From Cyanobacteria bacterium HKST-UBA04 (GTDB lineage: Bacteria; Cyanobacteriota; Vampirovibrionia; Vampirovibrionales; JAGQHJ01), in NCBI GenBank assembly GCA_020431915.1, contig JAGQHJ010000004.1, positions 18,393 to 82,392 on the forward strand: a stretch of 64,000 bases of DNA. Reading direction: 5' to 3'. Below are positions 26,828-36,458 of the stretch, one piece after another (position 1 is the first letter of the stretch; each line of letters begins with the position of its first letter). The translations under genes and the position numbers were made by a program. The notes under the pieces were generated by a model that was given only the letters and a program-made list of their open reading frames with translations, did not search any database and was not told where the DNA came from.

Positions 26828-28150
26828 GTGAAATTATTCAAGCGTGGACATTTCAAGCTCCCAGAGCCCATCGCCACACATCTACGCGGTCGGCATAAAG
26901 GGCAAAACAACTTGCTGGCCATTGCCACCATTATGTTTGGTATGATGACCGGCACCCTGTTCATTGACCTTCCGGTTTACTTTAACACGTATCGGCAGCT
27001 TCAAACCGTTGTGGATTCGGCGGCCCTGGCTGGGGCAGCCCAGCTACCGCATGGGATTGACGAAGCACAAGCCGAGGCGTTGCGCGTAGCCAAACTTAAC
27101 CCGCTGCAAGGTCTTGAGGATGGCATCGAGGCCGATGACCTGACCTTCACTGCCGACAGCCAGTCTTTAACCGTTCATGCTTCGGTGGATGTCCCCACCA
27201 TTTTCGGCAAATTCCTGTGTCAGGGCGATTGCCTGTTCTTTCCCGTCGCCGCCTCGGCCAAGGCCCTGCCGGCAGCCCGCGACACCATGCTTGTTCTGGA
27301 CAACTCCAGTTCGATGAACGACCTGGGCAATAACCGCCCCATGCGCGATGTTAAAGATGCCGCTGAGCTGTATGTCGATGAGGTGGAGGAATTCGATTCG
27401 CAGTCCGTGGACCGGATTGGTGTCGTCACCTTCAACCGTACCAGCGCCAAGCGCATTGGCCTGACCGGCAAGAACGATGCTGGCGGATTTGCTGCAGTCA
27501 AGGATGAAGTTCAAGACATTCAAACGTATAATGGCTCGGGCTGGAACACCAACTATTATGTTGGCCTCAAGGAAGCACTTGACGAACTTGAGCAGAATGG
27601 CCGGGAAAACGCCAACAAGCATATTATCTTCCTGACCGACGGTGCGCCCAACCTGCCTGGCCCACCAACGTATGCCGCCTACGATCAGTATAATCCGCTG
27701 GATTACTGTCTTGATCCGCTGCATGCCTCACCACCGGTCCAGAATGCGTGCTATTACCAACGCTACAGTGGCCGCTGGTACCGAATCTGTCCCTATTTGC
27801 CCAGTGAACAAATCACCGACAGCATGATTGAAAACCAGTACCACCAATGCGGTCTTGATTATGTGGGTTATATGGATTCACTGACCCAAGGCCAAGTCCA
27901 ACGGGCAAAAAATATGGGCGTTAAAATTACCACCATTACCATTGATGACCCGAACCAAGCCAGTAACTCCCACGCCATCATCCAACGCATCATCAAGGAT
28001 CGAAGCTGGGATTCAGGCTACCTCGAGTATGCCTCCTCTGAAACCGGCGGCGAATCCTTTGCCGCGGCAGCCTATGATTCCCAACAGATTGCCGCTATCT
28101 ACGAGGACATCGCCAACGACATCCACATTAAGCTGGTCAAGGTGGACTAG
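26828..28150 (+). CDS. tadG: TadG-like pilus-associated protein with a von Willebrand factor A domain
   Basis: Tad N-terminal motif LLAIATIMFGMMTGTLFIDLPVYFNTYRQLQTVVDSAALAGA. The vWA MIDAS is DTMLVLDNSSSM. GTG start with GAGGAG upstream. Confidence 0.8.
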   Translation: MKLFKRGHFKLPEPIATHLRGRHKGQNNLLAIATIMFGMMTGTLFIDLPVYFNTYRQLQTVVDSAALAGAAQLPHGIDEAQAEALRVAKLNPLQGLEDGIEADDLTFTADSQSLTVHASVDVPTIFGKFLCQGDCLFFPVAASAKALPAARDTMLVLDNSSSMNDLGNNRPMRDVKDAAELYVDEVEEFDSQSVDRIGVVTFNRTSAKRIGLTGKNDAGGFAAVKDEVQDIQTYNGSGWNTNYYVGLKEALDELEQNGRENANKHIIFLTDGAPNLPGPPTYAAYDQYNPLDYCLDPLHASPPVQNACYYQRYSGRWYRICPYLPSEQITDSMIENQYHQCGLDYVGYMDSLTQGQVQRAKNMGVKITTITIDDPNQASNSHAIIQRIIKDRSWDSGYLEYASSETGGESFAAAAYDSQQIAAIYEDIANDIHIKLVKVD

Positions 28151-28188
28151 CCCACTTATTCACAACTTCACTATCTCCCAATCGGTTT

Positions 28189-28224
28189 GCGCGTTGATTC
28201 CCTGCATAGGGGCAACGCGCTTTC
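28189..28224 (+). terminator. rho-independent terminator after tadG
   Basis: GCGCGTTG (28189-96) pairs with CAACGCGC (28213-20). An inner CCCT/AGGG pairing is present, and TTTCC follows. Confidence 0.55.
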
Positions 28225-28236
28225 CGATAGGCGGAA

Positions 28237-29244
28237 TTATGCGCTTTCCAGGGTCAGGTTCACGTCAAACGCAGGCGCCGACAAGGTAATTTCGCTTGTG
28301 GAGATGTAATCCACTCCGCTTTGGGCAATGGGTAATACCGTGTTGAGCGTCACCCCACCGCTGGCTTCGGTAATGGCCCGACCATGCACCGCTTTAACCG
28401 CTGTTCTGAGCTGATCCGGGGTCATGTTGTCGAGCAGAACGATATCCACCCCGGCACGAACCGCTTCTTCCACCTGGGCCAGGGTATCGCATTCCACCTC
28501 GATTTTGGTGGTATGGCCCAGGCGGGCCTTGAGGCGGGCCACCGCCTCGGTAATGCTGCCCACGGCGGCGATGTGGTTGTCCTTAACCATCACGGCATGG
28601 CTGAGGGAATACCGGTGGGGCACCCCACCCCCATGCACGACGGCCTGGCTCTCGAGGCGCCGCAACCCCGGCAAGGTCTTTCGGGTGTGGGTCAGCTTGG
28701 CCTTCGTCTGGCTAATGGTGGCCATATACTGGTAGGTCAACGTGGCCACCCCGCTCAGGTGACCCAGGAAGTTCAGGGCCACACGTTCCGCCTTTAAAAT
28801 GGAGGCCATAGGGCCGAAAACCCGCATCAGCGGTTCGCCTTTGCCCACACAGTCCCCGTCGGCCTGTAGCAGCTCAACGGCTAAGGACGAGTCTACCCGC
28901 TTAAAGACGGCCTGGGCGACCGTCAGGCCGGACAGCACACCGGGTTGCTGCGAGGCAATCACGCCTGTACCTTCGAGCTGGGCTTGGCGGTTGCCCTGGG
29001 CCGGACCTTCCAACACCGAGGGAGCCAGCAAAATATCGGTGGTCATGTCGCCAAAAGACAGATCCTCGGCCAAAGCCAGTTCAATCAGACCCTCAAGGGT
29101 CACCATGGCGCTACCGCGTGCCGTGTCAGCGCAGGCCGTCGCTGAAATTTCTGAATTTGGTTCTTGCACGGGGCTTTTCGTTGTCATAAGACGTGGTTTC
29201 CCTTCGTTGTTGGGGTTATGCCGTTTGAATGGGCAGTGAGGCAA
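28237..29244 (-). CDS. nadC: nicotinate-nucleotide pyrophosphorylase (quinolinate phosphoribosyltransferase)
   Basis: The ALAEDLSFGDMTT, KDNHIAAVGSI and VECDTLAQVEEA...DIVLLDNM motifs. The true start may be an internal Met (29187 or 29106), because the longest ORF overlaps nadB by 29 nt. Confidence 0.88.
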   Translation of the reverse strand: MPHCPFKRHNPNNEGKPRLMTTKSPVQEPNSEISATACADTARGSAMVTLEGLIELALAEDLSFGDMTTDILLAPSVLEGPAQGNRQAQLEGTGVIASQQPGVLSGLTVAQAVFKRVDSSLAVELLQADGDCVGKGEPLMRVFGPMASILKAERVALNFLGHLSGVATLTYQYMATISQTKAKLTHTRKTLPGLRRLESQAVVHGGGVPHRYSLSHAVMVKDNHIAAVGSITEAVARLKARLGHTTKIEVECDTLAQVEEAVRAGVDIVLLDNMTPDQLRTAVKAVHGRAITEASGGVTLNTVLPIAQSGVDYISTSEITLSAPAFDVNLTLESA

Positions 29245-31000
29245 GCTTTCGGGTACGCTGGTCTATCAGCTGGTGCTGATAGCCTCGTTGGGCCTGTCGT
29301 TGGGCCTTATTCAGCACGGCCAGTTCCTGATGATAGGTTAGATCAGACAAACGCAGTTGGCTATGGGTAGGGCGGGTGTGCTTGGCCGGAAAATCGGTTC
29401 GGTAATGGGCCCCCACACTTTCGGTACGCTGCAAGGCCGCCTGAACAATCAACTGCCCGCCAATGAGCATGTTACGAAAGGCCAAGCCATCGGGCACCAT
29501 GGCAAACCAGCCGTTGTCGGTGGCCAGTTGCCACAAGTCATCAAGCGCCTTGAGGGCAAAGCGCAACTGGGCGGCCTCCCGGCAAATACCGGCGTGGTGC
29601 CACATCAGGCTGCCAAAGGCATGAATCGCCCAGCCCAGGCCGGTGGCATGGGTCGACGTTTCAAAACTGGCCATCAGGCTCAGGTACTGGGTCCAGTCAC
29701 CGTAAGTGCTTTGGCTGGGCGGCAATTGGCCCGAAGCAATATCCAGGGCCACCCGCCGGGCCAAGACCACACATTCCAGCAGGGAATTACTGGCCAAGCG
29801 ATTGGCCCCATGCAGACCGCTGCTGACCACCTCACCGACGGCCAGCAGGTTAGCCACCTCGCTTTTGCCCCGGTCATCCACTTTGACCCCACCCATTGCG
29901 TAATGGGCCGCTGGCGCCACGGGAATCGGGTGGCGGCGGATATCGATGCCAAAACGCTGGCAGTTGGCCAGGATATTGGGAAAACGGGTTTCAATCTGGG
30001 CAGCCGGCAAATGGCTGATGTCCAGATGAACATACGGCAGGCCATCGGCTTCGATTTGCTGGGCAATGGCCCGGGTCACCACGTCACGCGGCGCCAGTTC
30101 GCCCGAGGCGTGATGGGCCAGCACAAAACGTTGCCCCGCCTTGTTGAGCAACACGCCCCCCTCCCCACGCAAGGCTTCGGAGATCAGGAAATGCACCCGG
30201 CCATCGGCCCAGAAGGCTGTGGGGTGGAACTGCACAAACTCGATATCCTGGATGGTGGCCCCCGCCTGACAAGCCAGGGCAATGCCGTCGGCCGTGGCAA
30301 TGGGCGGATTGGTGGTGTGCTCGTACAGCTGCCCCAAACCACCCGTGGCCAGTACAGTATGCGACGCCAGCACCATACGCGGCTTGGGATGCCGCTGGCC
30401 CGGCCCCACCACAATGGCCCCGTAGCACGTGCCGTCGCGCACCAGCAGCTTGGCCACCATGGTATGTTCCAGCACGTCAATTTTTTCGTGGGCCGTCACT
30501 GCCTCGATAAGGGTTTGTTGGATGCTTTTACCGGTGGCATCGCCCCCCGCATGCAGAATTCGGTGCTGGGTGTGGGCTGCTTCCCTTGTAAACGCCAGCG
30601 ATCCGTCGGCCTGCACGTCAAACGGCACCCCCAAAGCAATCAAATCGGCAATTGCTTCGGCCCCTTCGCTGACAATGGAGCGCACCACGGCCTCATCGCT
30701 CAGGCCAGCCCCGGCAAACAGGGTATCCTTGACGTGATCGTCAATGGAATCAACCGGATTCTGCGGCAGCACGGCGGCAATACCACCCTGGGCCAGCCAA
30801 CTGCTGTTATGGTGCAGCTGGCTTTTGGTTACCACGGTACACGCCACACCCAGCTGCGCCAACTTCAGCGCGGTGAGCAGCCCGGCAATGCCGGACCCAA
30901 TAATCAGCACGGTCGCGTTGTTTTCTGGCACCAGTACACGGCTCGCAGTGTGTGGGGGGAGGGGAACGGTCCCCCATTGTAGCACCCCCACAAAACACAC
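29216..31000 (-). CDS. nadB: L-aspartate oxidase
   Basis: FAD motif VLIIGSGIAGL, plus AQGGIAA and HPTAF...SEALRGEGGVL. The start is uncertain: GTG at 31000 or GTG at 30931. Confidence 0.9.
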   Translation of the reverse strand: MCFVGVLQWGTVPLPPHTASRVLVPENNATVLIIGSGIAGLLTALKLAQLGVACTVVTKSQLHHNSSWLAQGGIAAVLPQNPVDSIDDHVKDTLFAGAGLSDEAVVRSIVSEGAEAIADLIALGVPFDVQADGSLAFTREAAHTQHRILHAGGDATGKSIQQTLIEAVTAHEKIDVLEHTMVAKLLVRDGTCYGAIVVGPGQRHPKPRMVLASHTVLATGGLGQLYEHTTNPPIATADGIALACQAGATIQDIEFVQFHPTAFWADGRVHFLISEALRGEGGVLLNKAGQRFVLAHHASGELAPRDVVTRAIAQQIEADGLPYVHLDISHLPAAQIETRFPNILANCQRFGIDIRRHPIPVAPAAHYAMGGVKVDDRGKSEVANLLAVGEVVSSGLHGANRLASNSLLECVVLARRVALDIASGQLPPSQSTYGDWTQYLSLMASFETSTHATGLGWAIHAFGSLMWHHAGICREAAQLRFALKALDDLWQLATDNGWFAMVPDGLAFRNMLIGGQLIVQAALQRTESVGAHYRTDFPAKHTRPTHSQLRLSDLTYHQELAVLNKAQRQAQRGYQHQLIDQRTRKLASLPIQTA

Positions 31001-31479
31001 TAAATTTCGTCCACCTGGACAGGTTTAACCCAACTCGGTCACGCAGTTGATGACGATTGTAGCAAGTAGAGGTATGCTGACACTAAGTTTACCCTCATCC
31101 CCTTATCCCGATGTTGTCTTTCTGCTGACTGACTTTTTCCGCTGACCGTCACCAAGGGGGCATCGCCAATAATGCCCCCACAAACCAGATAGATAGAGAT
31201 AGAGAGAGAGCGCGAGCCCTTGTTCAAACCCATGTTTATTGGGGCATTATTTGTGGTGCCCCACCCCCGCGTCATGCTTAAAACGGCTTTCAGTGCCGTG
31301 CTGTTCTGCCTGATGGTGCAGGCTTCCCTTGACGTAGTCGGGATGGATTTTCCCGACATCAAGGACCTGCCGGACGTGATTGCCGCCCAGATGCAACACC
31401 CCTAACCCCAAGCGACACCCTTAAAAACACGCCCACAAACGCCCCCTACGGGGTTATTTATAGCTTACGAGACGCTTTG

Positions 31480-32376
31480 CTATTTTATCTTGCGATAAAA
31501 GCCAAAGGCCGTCGGCTTGTATTTGGCGCTTTCAGCGTGGGCGGTTTCCACCGAGTGCTCGAGCTTCTTGATTTCGTCTTTCAGCGCGTCGTTTTCGGTT
31601 TTGCTGCGGATCAGCTCCACCACCAGCTCGTCCAGGCCGGCCAGCTTGTCGTCAAGGATCCGGCTTAAGTCAGCCAGAATGCTTTCCTTGGCGCTGGTCA
31701 CCGTCTCGACAATCATCGACACGTCCCCGCTGCCAATGGCCGACAGGCTGGTTGACGGGCTGCGCGACGGCATCATCGATGTGGACCGAATGGCCGTGGT
31801 CGGGGCCTTTAGGACTGCCTGTTCTATGGGTAGCGGTAATTCTGCTGGGATTGGTGTTTCCAGGGTAGTAGCCGGAATTTGTGTCGGCAGGGGCGGCGGC
31901 ACGGGAATCTGACCCCCTTGCGCCAGAATCGACTGGGCGGTCGGCTCGATAATGGGCAGTTCAACCGCTTCTTCCGGGCCAATTGCCTGTAGGGGCATAC
32001 GCTCGTCAGCCGGGACTTCAATGGGCGAGGCCGTAACGGGGATATGGTTTTCCAGCAAGGCTTGTTCGGCCGAAAAAGGCTGGGACACCGAAGATTGGAC
32101 CAAGGGCGGCTCGGAATAGGCCGGTTGGGCATACGAGCCGTAGGCTTTCCGGCGTGACGCCGTTTCGGTTTGCACCAGGCGCCGGAGCAACTCCACATCG
32201 TCTGAGGACAGGGTCACACGGCCCGTGCGAATGTCGTGATGGGTCTGGATGCCCAGGCGATCGCAGAGCTGAATGATATACGCCTCACTTTCGCCCAACA
32301 TTTGGCTGACGTAGGCCATGGTATAAGGGTTAGAGGTCGTCGAAATCGGGGATGAGTCGAGTCGCGTGGAAGCCAT
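31480..32376 (-). CDS. hypothetical protein with an N-terminal MerR/excisionase-like HTH, a Pro-rich linker and a C-terminal coiled coil
   Basis: YTMAYVSQMLGESEAYIIQLCDRLGI...GRVTLSSDDVELLRRL resembles an HTH_17/MerR-type helix-turn-helix. The C-terminal ENDALKDEIKKLEHSVETAHAE is coiled-coil-like. Confidence 0.5.
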   Translation of the reverse strand: MASTRLDSSPISTTSNPYTMAYVSQMLGESEAYIIQLCDRLGIQTHHDIRTGRVTLSSDDVELLRRLVQTETASRRKAYGSYAQPAYSEPPLVQSSVSQPFSAEQALLENHIPVTASPIEVPADERMPLQAIGPEEAVELPIIEPTAQSILAQGGQIPVPPPLPTQIPATTLETPIPAELPLPIEQAVLKAPTTAIRSTSMMPSRSPSTSLSAIGSGDVSMIVETVTSAKESILADLSRILDDKLAGLDELVVELIRSKTENDALKDEIKKLEHSVETAHAESAKYKPTAFGFYRKIK

Positions 32377-32564
32377 AAGATGCCATCTACCTTATTTTTG
32401 CGCCTGTATACAAACGATGCATCAACCATTATACAGTAAGCGCGCCAGAGGGGGAGGGGGTGGGACTGGTTGAAAACAACTTCCTCCGGGCAAGGACTCG
32501 TGTATGTAGGTGATGCCTTCCTGCCCTAAAGCACGCTAAAGTTGGTTTTGCTGCCAAACAGGGT

Positions 32565-32570
32565 TATAAT
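32565..32570 (+). promoter_or_regulatory. candidate -10 box (TATAAT) of ftsH inside a 9-bp inverted repeat
   Basis: TTGGTT (32542-47), a 17-nt spacer, then TATAAT (32565-70). AACAGGGTT (32557-65) and AACCCTGTT (32583-91) form a perfect inverted repeat spanning the -10 box. Confidence 0.35.
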
Positions 32571-32715
32571 AAATCCAATCGGAACCCTGTTGTGTCTGCC
32601 CTTTTGCTTCGTTACAATCCGTTGCCTGGTTTGCCCCCAGCGGCCTGACGGCCTCGCCGGCATCCTTCAGAGTTTACACCTTGCGTTATTTGGCTGTTTT
32701 GAGACCCTTCCCCGT

Positions 32716-34662
32716 ATGAAAAAGCATCAAACGTCCGGCTTCGTTATCCTCGGCTTTATCCTGCTCCTCATTCTTTTTGCCTCCACCCTGATTTTCAAGA
32801 ACGAAGGCAGCCTGCCCCAGGAAATCAACCAAACCGAACTGGTGCAACTGGCCAAAGAAGGCAAGCTCAAGGAAGTCAGCGTCAAGGATCGCGAACTGAG
32901 TGCGTTGGGAACCAACAAAACCCAATACCACATTATTCTGCCGTCCAACGAGATTACCTCGGACCGCATCATCCAGCAGCTTAGCGAAAACAACGTCAAC
33001 ATCACCCAGCTTCGGCCCGAGCAGTCGGGCAAGTGGCTCAGTATTTTAACTACCCTCATACTGCCGCTGGGCATTATCGGGTTGTTTATCGTGTTGTTCC
33101 GCAGTGCGCAAGCCGGCGGCAGCCAGGCCATGAGCTTCGGCAAGAGCCGGGCCAAGCTGATGCCGGAAAACAAGGTCAAGATAACCTTCAAGGATGTGGC
33201 CGGTATCCAGGAGCCCAAGGAAGAACTTGAAGAGGTCGTCGACTTCCTCAAGAACTCCGAGCGCTATTTGAAACTGGGTGCCCGTATCCCCAAAGGCGTA
33301 CTGTTGGTAGGTGCCCCTGGTACCGGTAAAACTTTGCTGGCCAAGGCGGTTGCAGGCGAAGCCGGTGTGGCGTTCTTCAGCATCAGCGGCTCGGACTTCG
33401 TCGAGATGTTTGTCGGGGTTGGGGCCAGCCGGGTACGCGACTTGTTTGAACAAGCCAAAAAGCATTCACCCTGCATTATCTTCATCGACGAAATTGACGC
33501 CGTAGGCCGCCAGCGTGGCGCCGGTCTGGGCGGCGGGCACGACGAGCGCGAACAAACCCTGAACCAACTGCTGGTTGAAATGGATGGCTTCGATTCGACC
33601 ACCGGCATTATTGTCATTGCGGCCACCAACCGCCCCGACATCCTCGACAACGCCCTGTTGCGCCCCGGCCGCTTCGACCGGCAAGTGGTTATTGACCGCC
33701 CCGACATCAAGGGCCGTGAGCAAATTCTGAACGTTCACGTCAAAGGCAAACCGTTGGCCAAAGGCGTGGAACTGAAACGCCTGGCCAAGGCCACCCCCGG
33801 CTTTACCGGGGCCGACCTGGAAAACATGGTCAACGAGGCGGCGCTGGCTGCGGCCCGCCACCGCAAAGAAACCATTGAAATGGACGACCTGGAAGATGCC
33901 ATCGACAAGGTGGTTGTGGGCCCGGAAAAACGCAGCAAGGTGATTAAGGAAAAAGACAAGGAAATCACCGCCTACCACGAAATCGGCCATGCCCTGATGC
34001 AGATTATGCACCCCGGCCAGTACAAGTTCCGCAAGGTCACCATCATCCCGCGTGGCATGGCATTGGGTATCAGCTGGGCCATGCCCGAAGACGACAACAC
34101 CCACGTCAGTCGCCAGCAATTGTTTAATGAAATCGCCTCGCTGCTCGGTGGTCGGGTGGCCGAGAAACTGATTTTCGATCAAATCTGGACAGGGGCCTCG
34201 TCCGACATTGACAAGGCCACGGAGCTGGCCCGCAAGATTGTCACCGTCTGGGGCATGAGCGATGAGCTGGGCCCTATTAAATACGGCCAGCAAAACGAGC
34301 ATGTGTTTCTGGGCCGCGACTTCGGCACGGACCGCGACTATTCGGAAGCCATTGCCGCCAAGATCGACGACGAGATCAAGAAAATCATCGACACGCAATA
34401 CGACCTGGCCTACAAGACCCTGGGCGAGAACCGCGACATCATGGACGCCCTGGTCAAGGATCTGCTGGAACGCGAAACCCTGGAAGACAAGGACGTGTTC
34501 AAGATTATGGACCGCATTCTTGAGGAACGGGGCGAAGCACCCAAGTACGCCATTAACCTCAGTGATGACGAGGACGACGAGGAAAGCAGCAGCGGCAGCC
34601 CGGAAACCGTGGCCGCCGGCTCGGAAGCCGCCAGCAGCGACAACGCTTCGACCGCCGATTAA
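32716..34662 (+). CDS. ftsH: ATP-dependent zinc metalloprotease FtsH
   Basis: Walker A GAPGTGKT, Walker B IIFIDEID, the SRH, and the M41 HEIGHAL zinc motif. The start is set at MKKHQ (32716), followed by a TM helix. The track ORF starts at 32542. Confidence 0.93.
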   Translation: MKKHQTSGFVILGFILLLILFASTLIFKNEGSLPQEINQTELVQLAKEGKLKEVSVKDRELSALGTNKTQYHIILPSNEITSDRIIQQLSENNVNITQLRPEQSGKWLSILTTLILPLGIIGLFIVLFRSAQAGGSQAMSFGKSRAKLMPENKVKITFKDVAGIQEPKEELEEVVDFLKNSERYLKLGARIPKGVLLVGAPGTGKTLLAKAVAGEAGVAFFSISGSDFVEMFVGVGASRVRDLFEQAKKHSPCIIFIDEIDAVGRQRGAGLGGGHDEREQTLNQLLVEMDGFDSTTGIIVIAATNRPDILDNALLRPGRFDRQVVIDRPDIKGREQILNVHVKGKPLAKGVELKRLAKATPGFTGADLENMVNEAALAAARHRKETIEMDDLEDAIDKVVVGPEKRSKVIKEKDKEITAYHEIGHALMQIMHPGQYKFRKVTIIPRGMALGISWAMPEDDNTHVSRQQLFNEIASLLGGRVAEKLIFDQIWTGASSDIDKATELARKIVTVWGMSDELGPIKYGQQNEHVFLGRDFGTDRDYSEAIAAKIDDEIKKIIDTQYDLAYKTLGENRDIMDALVKDLLERETLEDKDVFKIMDRILEERGEAPKYAINLSDDEDDEESSSGSPETVAAGSEAASSDNASTAD

Positions 34663-34786
34663 AGAGACGCAACCAGGAGCGACACAAGAGGGGGTAATCC
34701 TCTATTTGTGGGACCCCGCTAACTTGTCAAACCGCTAGGATTAAGGCAGACTGGAATCAAAGCCGCTATTACACTATTAGCAGCTT

Positions 34787-36394
34787 TTGATCCCCGTCAC
34801 ACCCGTACCCCAAGCGTCTGTTCCTCAAAGCAAGAGTCCTGTCGTGTCCCAATCCGCTTCCTTGATACACCGTACCGTTGCCCGCCTCAAGCAAGGGTAT
34901 GCCTTATTACTCGGCCCCACCCGGCATTTGCTGGGCGTAACGGCTTGTAGCCTTGGACTGGGCATGGTCCTATTGCTGGCCAGCCAGTTGCCTGTGCACA
35001 GTATCGACGGGGTGAACCTGGGACCGGAAAAGAAACTGGCGGCCCTCGAAACCCAGTTGTTGGGCGCCACTTATCCCAATCAAAGCCTCGAGGATCGGCT
35101 CACCCGGCTCGAAGACATGGTGTTTGGCCAGGCCCATCAGGGCACGGTCGTCGAGCGGCTCAAGGCATTGTCGACCATGCTGGAAGTGGCCCCTACCGGC
35201 TCGACGCTGGACGACCCCTACGGCTTGAAACAGGAACCCATTATCAGCGATCGCAGCCAGAATCAAGGGCAAGACCAAGGCCAGGGCCAACCCTCCCAGC
35301 CCCCCCCACCCGCCTTTGACACAACCCAACGGCCACCGGATGCCACCAACTACCCCACCGTCACCGAGCTGGAAAAAAAGCTGTTCACGAAAAGCTACGA
35401 ATCCGAAGACATCACCCGCCGCCTGGCCCGCCTGGAACAAGCCGCCTTTAACCGTACCTACCCGGATCTCCCCATGGTGGATCGGGTGGATCAGCTGACC
35501 CTGAAAATCGATCCGAACAACCCGTTGTCCATCGAAGAGCAGGTAAATCCCACTGCCGGCCTGCCACGATCCACCACCAGCCTGCCGAGCCAAGGCCGCG
35601 ATTTTACGGGCAACAGCATGGCCATCTATGCCCAATTAAAATCCCTTGAAGAACGCGTTGTGGGAAAAAGTTTCGGCGGGGAGCTGATCATCAACCGCCT
35701 CGATCGCCTGGAACGGATTTTGTATGGGGCCCCGCAGCACGGCAGCGTCAACGAACGCATTAGCCGGCTGACCCACACCAACCCCAACAATACCGCCCAC
35801 CTGTACGGCCCTTCCGGTTATCAAACCGGACCAACCGGCCAGCCCCAGGTGGGGGCTCCCCAGTATGTGCAACCACCCTCTTCTGCCCAAGCCCCGCCTT
35901 ACCACCAACCCAATCTGCAACCACAAAGCCGCATGCCCAGTTGGGGATCGTACAACCCAGGCTATGGCTCCACCCAGGAGGGCCAACAGTTCAGCTCCGA
36001 CATGCAACAGATGCTGCCGCCCCATGTGCGCCAACAGCTCGGTGGCCAGGACGGGTTACAGTCGGCCACCGGCAGACAGTTTCCCATTACCGGCATGGGC
36101 CAAGCCTCCGTAGCCGGTGTGACAGGAGATGCCGCCGCCGCTGCTACCCCCCCGTCCCACACGGTCCCCAGTACGCCCACCCGGCCCCTCACCCAGCCTG
36201 ACAAACGCATTGAATACGTCCAACGCATTGCCATGCTCGAAGTCAAGGTGTTTGGCCACCGCTACGACAACCTGACGATGCAGGACCGCCTGAGCCAACT
36301 GGAACAACAGGTTTACGGCCGGACGTACCCGTACTTTACCATTGATCGCCGCATTGACCGTATTTTGAATAAGCTGCCGATGACGCGCGGTTAG
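34787..36394 (+). CDS. secreted or membrane-anchored repeat protein (8 x 21-aa LE..vfG motif, Q/P-rich linkers)
   Basis: N-terminal hydrophobic segment LGLGMVLLLASQL. There are four pairs of 21-residue repeats (e.g. LETQLLGATYPNQSLEDRLTR / LEDMVFGQAHQGTVVERLKAL). No family recognised. Confidence 0.6.
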   Translation: MIPVTPVPQASVPQSKSPVVSQSASLIHRTVARLKQGYALLLGPTRHLLGVTACSLGLGMVLLLASQLPVHSIDGVNLGPEKKLAALETQLLGATYPNQSLEDRLTRLEDMVFGQAHQGTVVERLKALSTMLEVAPTGSTLDDPYGLKQEPIISDRSQNQGQDQGQGQPSQPPPPAFDTTQRPPDATNYPTVTELEKKLFTKSYESEDITRRLARLEQAAFNRTYPDLPMVDRVDQLTLKIDPNNPLSIEEQVNPTAGLPRSTTSLPSQGRDFTGNSMAIYAQLKSLEERVVGKSFGGELIINRLDRLERILYGAPQHGSVNERISRLTHTNPNNTAHLYGPSGYQTGPTGQPQVGAPQYVQPPSSAQAPPYHQPNLQPQSRMPSWGSYNPGYGSTQEGQQFSSDMQQMLPPHVRQQLGGQDGLQSATGRQFPITGMGQASVAGVTGDAAAAATPPSHTVPSTPTRPLTQPDKRIEYVQRIAMLEVKVFGHRYDNLTMQDRLSQLEQQVYGRTYPYFTIDRRIDRILNKLPMTRG

Positions 36395-36458
36395 AAACCG
36401 CCTACAATAGAACCACCGTGGCAATAAGACGTGTTGATTCGGGAGCCTTCTTTTAACG

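Noticed and set aside
31001-31220. Possible NAD+ riboswitch (nadA-type) in the long leader upstream of nadB-nadC
   Set aside because: I could not find the tandem-domain pattern I remember for that motif on the minus strand. The only strong structure is a simple GC hairpin. cmscan would be needed to be certain.
31220-31405. 61-aa ORF in the nadB upstream gap (MFKPMFIGALFVVPHP...)
   Set aside because: No Shine-Dalgarno sequence and no recognisable family. It starts inside an inverted-repeat structure. A signal-peptide-like stretch alone is not enough support.
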